64,000 nucleotides of DNA from Candidatus Hodarchaeota archaeon (lineage in GTDB: Archaea; Asgardarchaeota; Lokiarchaeia; Sigyniarchaeales; SOKP01), in NCBI GenBank assembly GCA_048886685.1, contig JBHLKM010000003.1, positions 160,001-224,000 on the forward strand, read 5' to 3'. How positions within the stretch are numbered: the stretch's first letter is position 1; the number at the start of each line of letters is the position of its first letter. Below, piece by piece: positions 50,996 through 59,629 of this stretch. The position numbers were made by a program, and so were the translations under genes. Below the pieces are notes generated by a model. That model did not search any database, was not told the origin of the DNA, and saw nothing but the letters and a program-made list of their open reading frames with translations.

Positions 50996-53900
50996 ATGGT
51001 AAAGATCGTTGCCTCACTCAGAAATTTCCGTGATCGTATCAGAACCTCAATAAGTATAAAAACCCAAAATGTATTGTTTTTCTTCGCAATTTTTTTGGTT
51101 ATATTCTTAGCTATACTATTAAGGATTAGTCCAATAATTAGAGGCCCACGTTTAATTAAAGCTTTTGATCCTTGGATACAATGGTATAATGCAGAATATT
51201 TATCAGAACATTCTTTATATGAATACTTCTCATGGCATGATTTTAAGAGCTGGTATCCAAATGGATTTTACCGTGGAACTCTACGTCCAGGTTTGACCTT
51301 TACTGTTGTAATAATATATAAAATACTAACCTTTTTTGGTATTCCTATCTCTCTCTATGACATTTGCTATTTCTTCCCCGCAGTTATGGGAGGTTTAACA
51401 GTTTTAGTCATTTATTTCTTAGGAAAAGAAATTCTTGATCGAGGGACTGGATTAATTGCTGCTTTTTTCCTAGCCTTTAATCCGGGTTATATGCAACGTA
51501 CAATGGTAGGATTTTTTGATAATGAAACAATCGGCGTTTTTGCTTCTCTGTTGACATTTTTATTTCTTCTAAAAGCTATAAGAACTGGAAGATTTTTATA
51601 TTCCATTCTTAGTGGTCTTTCTTTAGGCTATTTGTCTCTAAGTTGGGGGGGGTATCAATTTGTGTATTTGATTATCCCACTACTATGTATTATATTAATC
51701 CTAATTGATAAATACAATGAAAATATACTAATTTCTTATGCTGTTGTTGAAGGAACTGGGTTGTTAATTTTCTCTTTATATACAGGTTTTAGATATGATG
51801 CTCTATTTTCAGATTTAGAAACAGGCGGCATTTTTCTATTTACTATTATTTTAATTATATTTCATATAATACAAACAAAAAGAGTGGAACACCCATCTTT
51901 ATATAAGAGTATATTAAATGCTGTAAAGTGGGGTTTTATACCCGTTTTTTTAATTGGTGCAATAATTATATGGACTGCTCCTGATCTGCTTCCTTTTGGT
52001 TTTGGTGCAAAATTTCAAACAATTCTTAACCCTTTATTTCGAGATGAAATAAGTCTAGTAGCTTCAGTTGCTGAACAGATGCCAAGTCCGTGGAGCGTTT
52101 TTTATTATAATACTTTGATTCCATTAGTTTTAACACCCCTTGGAGTTTATTTCTGCTTCAAAGTGTTAAATGCCCCAGAAATTTTTCTAATAACATTTGT
52201 AATCCTAATGTTTTATTTTACAGGGAGTATGATTCGGATCATATTAATATTTTCACCTGCAGTTTCTTTGATGGGTGCATATGGATTAGTAAGTGTATTA
52301 AAAATCTTTGGTAGCTTTTTAGGGGACAGGAGAGAAGGTATTAGTAGAAAACGCAAAAGACAATTAAAAGGCACAATTGGGAATTCTGAAATTCTTGCGA
52401 TTTTCATGATTGTTGGGTTTTTAGGAGTTGCTCAAATTGTTCATGCATCTGACATTTCGATTGACCAGTTTTCTTATACACAAATATCACCGGCTGGTGT
52501 TCTTCACGATTGGGAAGAATCTCTCATGTGGATGAGATCTAACTTAGAAGGAACGGATGTGGTTGTATCTTGGTGGGATTACGGCTATTGGCTTACCCCT
52601 ATCGGTAACGTGACCACAGTTAATGATAATGCCACCATGAATTCAACTAGAATTGGTTTAACGGGTATGGCTCTAATGCAGACCAATGAAATTTATAGTG
52701 CAAAAGCATTTCGTAGGTTGAAAGCAGATTATGTCTTAGTATACTTTGGATTAATGATTAGTGGCTTGGGTGGAGATGAAGGGAAATGGCCTTGGATGAT
52801 AAGAATTTGTAATGATAATTATGCAAGGTATAAAGCTCGTGGTATGGAGGAGGATAATTGGGGTGAAGATTTTGTATTTAATGAAAGTTCGTACCAAGAT
52901 CCCAATACCGGAAGAATGTGTCCTAATTGGTTTAATAGCCAGCTGGTTAAATTGATGTTTTCTTCGGCTCCTGAATTAGGATATTACCTGCCAACGAATC
53001 GGGATGAAGTACAGAGAGAAGATATAAGGTGGACCTATGTTAATACGATTAACAACGAAAATAATCCTACTTGTGAAGGTGGAGTATGGAAAGACTATAT
53101 CCCAGACAATGGATTATACGATTACAACATATTTATTCCCACATATATCTCATCTACAGGCTTAGTGAAACTTTTTAAACTTGACTATACAGTCTTAGAA
53201 TCAAGTTTTACAATACAAGAAGCGGAGGTTTTTGAAAACGGATATGCTACATTCAAACTCACGAATACTGGTACGAAAGATTTGACTATAAAAAGTGTAA
53301 AGATTAATGGAACTGATTATGATTTTGTGATAAGCAATAGTGCCGAAATTAATAAAATTGAGAATGGTGCTTCAGAGATGGTTTGGGTTGACATTAAATC
53401 GAAAGGTACAACTTTTCAAAAAAATGATGTAGTAAATATTGATGTAACTGCTGAATCGGTAGCATTACAAGGAAAAAAATATGAATTTTCAAATGCTACT
53501 AAAAATTTCTTTGTAAAAGTACCAGCACAAGGTGCTATAAAAATTAATAAAGAAAATAGTTCGATAATCCAAAAAGACCTTTTAACAACAGATATATATC
53601 TTGAAGTAGAAAACTACGGAGAATCGATTGAAGTCTTAGAAAGATTTTATTTAAACGAGGATACTATTGAAAATGAAATAAATTCTAATAATATTGAATA
53701 TCTTAGTGGTTCATCTATATTAAAACCAGGGGAAAAAGCAGACATATATATAAATGACATAAATGTTATTGATTTTGATTCTGTTGAGATTATGGGTACT
53801 AACTTGTATGTTTCTAAAATTGGGGTTGCAACCCCTAATAATGTAAGTGATGAGGTATTATTTAGCTCAACTCTGGAAAATTATTCGATCTCTATTTTGA

Positions 53901-54967
53901 GTGAAGAGAGGATTATTTCTCCTGAAGCTCTGCTAGCAATTAATAGTATTAAAAGAGTACACATTCCTGCTAATTTCAATTTCACTCATGGATTTACATA
54001 TGAGAATGAAAGTACAATCTTGAAAATTAATGTGAAAAATACTGGAGATATTGTATTTGGAATAGATTCAATTTATTTAACAGATTCTTTGATTGAAGTT
54101 GATTATGCAGATTTCTATACACAAAGTGGAAGCGTACTTTTGTATGAAAACCAAGAAGATTTTATAATTATTGATGCAACCAATTATGGTAATTTTGAGA
54201 TTAATGATGAAATACTAGTCTGTGTTACTGGAAGTTTTGGAATAACAGGTTCGGTAACATCAGATATAGGTTATATTCATACAGTTAAAGATGATCCAGA
54301 TATTCAAATAATTGAAAATATCGATGATATAATGACTTCTTTTATTTATGCTAATGAGACAGGGAAATTAGTAATTAAAAATACCGGAGATGAGCCTGTG
54401 ACCATTGATGATATCTATGTGAATTCCACTCTTGCTACAAATATAACATATCTCTCGGGAAAACCTTCTCTTGACATTCAAGAATGCGCAATTGTATCTT
54501 TTGACATTCCAGATTTAATGTTAAACAAATCAACCGAAATAATTGTGAATATTACAACTACTTCTACCGCTACAACTAGCGAGACTTTTAATGCTTATGT
54601 AGATCCAGCATATTATAGTCTTGTGATTGATGACGATGCAACTGAGGTAGATAACAATGCAAATATGACTTTATTATTTACAAATACCGGAAAGGCTAAT
54701 GTAACAATTGAATCCCTCTATGTAAATGATACTTATGTTCCGTTATCAAATATTTATGCTTATTTTAATAATACTTGGGTACCATTAACAAGTAGTAATA
54801 TATTAGCTTTTGAAATAGGCATTGGAGATACTATGGAATTAACCATCAGAGTTAATGATCTCGAAGTGATTACAGGTCTTACGATTAATGTTGATGATGA
54901 AGTAATAATCACTATACGAACTGAAGAGGGTCCTGAGATTATTCACGAAGAAATTGTAATTCCTTAG
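50996..54967 (+). CDS. aglB: Oligosaccharyltransferase AglB/STT3 with long C-terminal Ig-like repeat extension
   Basis: AFDPW, GFFDNE, ASVAEQ, SWWDYGY, DEGKWPWM motifs; about 590-aa beta-rich extension. Confidence 0.93.
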   Translation: MVKIVASLRNFRDRIRTSISIKTQNVLFFFAIFLVIFLAILLRISPIIRGPRLIKAFDPWIQWYNAEYLSEHSLYEYFSWHDFKSWYPNGFYRGTLRPGLTFTVVIIYKILTFFGIPISLYDICYFFPAVMGGLTVLVIYFLGKEILDRGTGLIAAFFLAFNPGYMQRTMVGFFDNETIGVFASLLTFLFLLKAIRTGRFLYSILSGLSLGYLSLSWGGYQFVYLIIPLLCIILILIDKYNENILISYAVVEGTGLLIFSLYTGFRYDALFSDLETGGIFLFTIILIIFHIIQTKRVEHPSLYKSILNAVKWGFIPVFLIGAIIIWTAPDLLPFGFGAKFQTILNPLFRDEISLVASVAEQMPSPWSVFYYNTLIPLVLTPLGVYFCFKVLNAPEIFLITFVILMFYFTGSMIRIILIFSPAVSLMGAYGLVSVLKIFGSFLGDRREGISRKRKRQLKGTIGNSEILAIFMIVGFLGVAQIVHASDISIDQFSYTQISPAGVLHDWEESLMWMRSNLEGTDVVVSWWDYGYWLTPIGNVTTVNDNATMNSTRIGLTGMALMQTNEIYSAKAFRRLKADYVLVYFGLMISGLGGDEGKWPWMIRICNDNYARYKARGMEEDNWGEDFVFNESSYQDPNTGRMCPNWFNSQLVKLMFSSAPELGYYLPTNRDEVQREDIRWTYVNTINNENNPTCEGGVWKDYIPDNGLYDYNIFIPTYISSTGLVKLFKLDYTVLESSFTIQEAEVFENGYATFKLTNTGTKDLTIKSVKINGTDYDFVISNSAEINKIENGASEMVWVDIKSKGTTFQKNDVVNIDVTAESVALQGKKYEFSNATKNFFVKVPAQGAIKINKENSSIIQKDLLTTDIYLEVENYGESIEVLERFYLNEDTIENEINSNNIEYLSGSSILKPGEKADIYINDINVIDFDSVEIMGTNLYVSKIGVATPNNVSDEVLFSSTLENYSISILSEERIISPEALLAINSIKRVHIPANFNFTHGFTYENESTILKINVKNTGDIVFGIDSIYLTDSLIEVDYADFYTQSGSVLLYENQEDFIIIDATNYGNFEINDEILVCVTGSFGITGSVTSDIGYIHTVKDDPDIQIIENIDDIMTSFIYANETGKLVIKNTGDEPVTIDDIYVNSTLATNITYLSGKPSLDIQECAIVSFDIPDLMLNKSTEIIVNITTTSTATTSETFNAYVDPAYYSLVIDDDATEVDNNANMTLLFTNTGKANVTIESLYVNDTYVPLSNIYAYFNNTWVPLTSSNILAFEIGIGDTMELTIRVNDLEVITGLTINVDDEVIITIRTEEGPEIIHEEIVIP

Positions 54968-55115
54968 AATTAACCTATATATTTTAACTTAAATAATATT
55001 CATTTCTTTAGAAATAATCATAACATATGGTTCATTAGAATATTTATAGTCTTATCTCTTATATATTACATTTTATATAAATTAAAAATAAATCAAATTA
55101 TCAATTAAAAACTAA

Positions 55116-57148
55116 ATGATTATGGATTTTCAATTACAAACTGAATATAAACCTGCAGGCGATCAACCTTTAGCTATTCAAACATTAACAGAGAATATTA
55201 GGAATGCTAAAAGTTTTCAAACCTTATTGGGCGCAACTGGGACAGGGAAAACATTTAGTATTGCTCAAATAATACAAGAAGTACAGAAACCAACATTAGT
55301 AATGTCTCCTAACAAAACTTTATGTGCCCAACTCTATAATGAGTTTAAAGAACTCTTTCCTGAAAATGCCGTTCACTACTTTGTCTCTTACTATGACTAT
55401 TATCAGCCAGAAAGAACATTTCATTAAGAAATTTTCTGGAAGCATACATGCCTGTTTCGGGGATGTACATAGAAAAAGACTTCAGTGTGAACGAGGAAAT
55501 AGAAAGATTACGATTGGCTGCTACTCACGCTATTAGGACAAGAAAAGATGTTATTATAGTCGCTTCTGTTTCATGCCTTTATGGAATTGGGAACCCAGAG
55601 GTTTGGACAGCAGTTTCTCTCAGTTTAGAAACAGGACAAACGATTAACCGGGGGGAAATATTGAAAAGGCTAATTAGCATTAATTATGAGCGAAACAATA
55701 TTGATTTTAAACCAGGCGTGGTAAGGGTAAGAGGAGACATTATAGATATATGGCCAGCATACTTAATTAATGCTTTACGGGTTTCGCTTTTTGGGGATGA
55801 GATTGAATCAATTCAAGAGATACATCCAATTTCGAGTGAAGTATTAAACGATTTACCTAATTGCCGAATTTTCCCTGCCACTCATTTCATCATTCCAGAA
55901 GAAAATAAAGTGAAAGCGCTTGAATCAATAGAGGTTGAATTAACTGATCAACTTGATAAATTTAAGAAAGAAAAAAAATATGCTGAAGCACAACGATTAG
56001 AAAGACGCATTAAATTTGATTTAGAAATGTTAAGAGAAATGGGGTGGTGCAAAGGTATAGAGAACTATTCTAGACATCTAGATGGAAGAGCACCCGGTTC
56101 TCCTCCTATGACATTAATTGACTACTTCCCAGAAGATTTCCTTATTGTCGTGGATGAATCTCATGTTTCAATCCCTCAAATTCATGGACAAATCGGGGGA
56201 GATAGATCTCGTAAGAAAAATCTTGTAGACTATGGGTGGCGTTTGCCAAGTGCCTACGATAATAGGCCACTTACTTTTGAGGAGTGGGAGAGTAAAATTA
56301 AATATACAATTTTCATGAGTGCTACTCCGGGAGATTATGAATTAGAGAAAAGTGGGGAAATTTCAGCAGAGCAAATAATTAGACCTACAGGTCTTGTAGA
56401 TCCTCAGGTTGAGGTTAGACCTGCGAAGAACCAAATTGATGATTTGTTAGGAGAAATTAGAAAAGTCGTAGACAATAACGGCAGGGTTTTAGTTACTACA
56501 CTTACTAAGAGGATGGCTGAAGATATAGCAGATTATTATTCTGAATTGGGAGTTAAAATAGAATACTTACACTCAGAAGTCGATACTGTGGAGAGATTTG
56601 AGATATTAAGGCAATTAAGAGATGGTACTTATGATGTTGTAGTAGGAATTAATCTTCTTCGAGAAGGATTAGATCTTCCTGAAGTGCAATTAGTTGCAAT
56701 CTTAGATGCTGACAAACTTGGATTTCTACGCGATACTCGTTCTTTAATTCAAACAATTGGAAGAGCCTCTAGAAATGTTGAAGGAAAAGCAATCTTATAC
56801 GGTGATAGAACCTCTATAGCAATGAAAGCGGCGATAGACGAAACAAATAGGAGAAGGAATAAACAGATTGCGTACAATGAGAAAAATGATATAACCCCTC
56901 AAACAATTAAGAAAAATATTCTAAAATCTTTATCAGAGGAAAAAGAATATAAAGAAAGAGAAGTAAAAAGATTAAAACAGAATGTTAAAGCAAAAATAGA
57001 TCAATTACAAGAGGAAGGAGATATTGAGATTGTGATTGAATATCTTGAGAATAAAATGTTTATGGCTGCAAAGGAACTTAGATTTGAGGATGCAGCATAT
57101 CTACGTGATAAAATTAAGGAAATACAAAAAGATTATAAAAAAACATAA
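55116..57148 (+). CDS. uvrB: Excinuclease ABC subunit UvrB, interrupted; predicted join(55116..55412,55442..57148), about 667 aa
   Basis: Part 1: [31 protein letters not shown]. Part 2: [45 protein letters not shown] tail. The frames are joined by removing 29 nt. Confidence 0.9.
55413..55441 (+). other. Candidate bulge-helix-bulge (BHB) intron in uvrB mRNA
   Basis: Central helix CCAG(55407-10)/CTGG(55436-39), 3-nt bulges AAA(55411-13) and AAG(55440-42), inner stem GAA-c-ATTTC/GAAATTTT; canonical cuts restore CAG CCA GAA GCA TAC (QPEAY). Confidence 0.75.
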
Positions 57149-57343
57149 TGATGTCTATTTTTTAATATCAACGTACCATATTAGGAGCCACTATAAGCTA
57201 GAATTTGATTTTTTTCAAAGGAGCTCAAAAATAATGATGGTGATTAAGCTCTCTTAGTCTTATAAAACTGAAAAAGCTATATATAAAAATAATCTAATTA
57301 TATCTATTTAATAATATATTCCAATTATAAAAAGGAGAAAAAA

Positions 57344-58105
57344 ATGTCAAGTGATGTTTTAATTTATGAAGTTAAAGATCAGATTACATACATAACATTA
57401 AACAATCCAAAGCGAAATTTGCTAGATCCTCCTTTATGTAAAGCCTTGGGAGAAGCATGGGAACGCTTTGCTGACGACTCCGAAAGTAGAGTTGCAATTC
57501 TCGGTGCAAATGGTCCAGACTTTAGTTTTGGTGCAGATCTCAGACACAGAGGTTTATTAAAAGATCTTCGTAAGGCATTTCCCCCTAATGGGACTAAAAT
57601 CCTGAAACCTATCGTTGGAGCAGTACATGGAACTGTTGCGGGAAGTGGATATGGGCTTGCGATTAGAGGTACAGATATAACTTATGCTACAGAAGATGCT
57701 CAGTTTATCTTTGGTGAAGCGTGGGTAGGAATTGTAGGTGGAATTATAGAATATACCCCTTACATGCCTTTTAAGATTGCTATGGAATTTTATATGGGTG
57801 GGCAACCAATGAGTGGTAAACGGGCTTATGAAGTGGGTTTAATCAATCATATAACTAAAAACAAAGAGGAGCTTATGGTAGAAGCCATCAAAATGGCTGA
57901 AATTCTACGCGACAATGCGCCATTAACACTAAAAGCGATTAAATATGGGCTTTATAAGAATTTGGAGCCTGCAGCAAGAAAAGCAACGCGTTTAGCACAG
58001 GAGGAATTCAATACGTTTATTCAACCTCAATTAGATAGTGAAGACCTGCAGGAAGGTATCGCAGCGCTTAGAGAAAATAGAAAGCCAATATTTAAAGGGC
58101 GCTAA
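57344..58105 (+). CDS. Enoyl-CoA hydratase/isomerase (crotonase) family protein
   Basis: ITLNNP, FSFGADL, KPIVGAVHG, AYEVGLINH, SEDLQEG..RKPIFKGR. Confidence 0.92.
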   Translation: MSSDVLIYEVKDQITYITLNNPKRNLLDPPLCKALGEAWERFADDSESRVAILGANGPDFSFGADLRHRGLLKDLRKAFPPNGTKILKPIVGAVHGTVAGSGYGLAIRGTDITYATEDAQFIFGEAWVGIVGGIIEYTPYMPFKIAMEFYMGGQPMSGKRAYEVGLINHITKNKEELMVEAIKMAEILRDNAPLTLKAIKYGLYKNLEPAARKATRLAQEEFNTFIQPQLDSEDLQEGIAALRENRKPIFKGR

Positions 58106-58281
58106 TACGTCGCTTTAGTATTTTTTTGGAAGAAGAAATAAGAAGAACTAATAAGAAAATGAGTAAGAATTGGCAATAATTTATTATTGAGTTATCTTCC
58201 TTTTTTTTTTTGAAAGAATCCTTATTTTAATTCAGGATGATTTTAAAAAAAAATGAGAATTTAAACTTGGAAAATATAAAC

Positions 58282-59385
58282 TTAGCCAAAAATATTTAAG
58301 CTTATTCCTTTGGGATATTCATCTCTTACTTTTACCATTTTGATTGCGTTATTAGGACAATTCACAGCACAGGTTCCACATCCTATACACATTTCTTCTC
58401 TGACTTTCATTCTTTCATCCGATGAATCTGGTTTATTTGGCCAAATATGATAAATTGCTTCATTTGGACATTTTTCCATACATATTTCACATTTAGTACA
58501 GAGTTCCATATCAAATTCAGGAGCAAAATTGGTCTGATTTACGCCCTTATAATGATATAATTTTGCTGGAAGAAGTGCTCCGCAATGGCAACTACAACAG
58601 TTGCAAATCCACTGTGAGGTCTCCTTACTGGTATCTGCAACAGTATTATGAATAAGTCCTGCTTTTTCAGTTTCTCTAATAAATTCAATAGCTTGTTCCT
58701 TAGTTAGTCTTTTTGCCCCATAAGAGATTTGCCTTTCTGCAGCTTCTCCAGTTAAAAAACAACCCATTTCAGCGGATGCTACTTCACAAGGCTCATCTGT
58801 ATATTCACCAATTAACCGACATTGACAAGGTACAACCGCAAACGATTCATTTTTATCGATCATATCTTTAACTACCTCAAAAGGAAGCACTTGAGTCTCA
58901 ACATCTAAAGATTCATCAACTTTAATTAGCTTCTCCTCAGAGTCATATGGAAGCAAAGGACGGAATCCTCTTCTGATATTATCAACATTATCTAAATCTG
59001 GTGTCCTGTTCTTAAAAATATAGCGATAAATCTCTGCAACCTTGCGAAGATTTTCTTGGGAATCCTTACGTCTTATGAAATACATTTCAAATATACCCGG
59101 TACAAGAGGTAATAATCTATAATCTGACCCAGATCTTAAAATAGTACCATTTCTTGCCGATCTTCTTAATAGTTCTTCTATTTCTTCTTCTGATTTACCT
59201 GTTTTTTCCGCTAATTCTTTTCGTAAGGTTATTTTACCAACATTATTAAATTGAGACAAAATTTTTATCTCTTCTTCATTCCAGAAAATCTTCATCAATT
59301 TGAATATTTTTTTGTGGTTAGGAGCAGTTATTCTACCTATTTGTAGTTTTTGTCTTACAATTTCATAATAGTCAACCACAGTCAT
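58282..59385 (-). CDS. 4Fe-4S dicluster-binding protein with N-terminal HTH-like region
   Basis: PCQCR, ICNCCSCHC, two CxxCxxCxxxCP ferredoxin motifs. Confidence 0.85.
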   Translation of the reverse strand: MTVVDYYEIVRQKLQIGRITAPNHKKIFKLMKIFWNEEEIKILSQFNNVGKITLRKELAEKTGKSEEEIEELLRRSARNGTILRSGSDYRLLPLVPGIFEMYFIRRKDSQENLRKVAEIYRYIFKNRTPDLDNVDNIRRGFRPLLPYDSEEKLIKVDESLDVETQVLPFEVVKDMIDKNESFAVVPCQCRLIGEYTDEPCEVASAEMGCFLTGEAAERQISYGAKRLTKEQAIEFIRETEKAGLIHNTVADTSKETSQWICNCCSCHCGALLPAKLYHYKGVNQTNFAPEFDMELCTKCEICMEKCPNEAIYHIWPNKPDSSDERMKVREEMCIGCGTCAVNCPNNAIKMVKVRDEYPKGISLNIFG

Positions 59386-59629
59386 AAAATAATTGAGGAT
59401 TGTATTTATTATAAATTTTTCAGATCAATATGAAACTTAATTTTTAAGATTTCAAAATCTGTTTTAAGGAAAAAGCATGAGTTTTACATACGAATTTTTC
59501 TTATCTTTCTATTGTTTTTATCCTTTTTAAGCTTCCTAGAATTTATTAAAGCTTAATAAATACCATTTATCAGGAAACTTAAGATTATAAAGGAAAAAAA
59601 AAAATTAATTTTGAATTTATTATAAATTC

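Noticed and set aside
55410-55441. uvrB break as a simple sequencing frameshift, ribosomal frameshift or transposon footprint (GAA is repeated on both sides of the insert)
   Set aside because: The lesion is a discrete 29-nt structured insert, not a 1-nt homopolymer slip. A ribosomal frameshift would leave extra residues inside a conserved motif. A footprint with a 3-bp duplication cannot be excluded, but it would not explain why BHB cut sites restore the frame exactly. Disfavoured rather than disproved.
55408-55441. Alternative BHB register with central helix CAGA/UCUG
   Set aside because: It would excise 27 nt and leave uvrB out of frame; only the CCAG/CUGG register gives 29 nt
55324-55536. 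70-aa ORF spanning the uvrB junction
   Set aside because: Third-frame shadow ORF with no UvrB similarity
57234-57271. Box C/D sRNA (ATGATGG...CTGA)
   Set aside because: Imperfect C box, too short, and no clear internal D'/C' boxes
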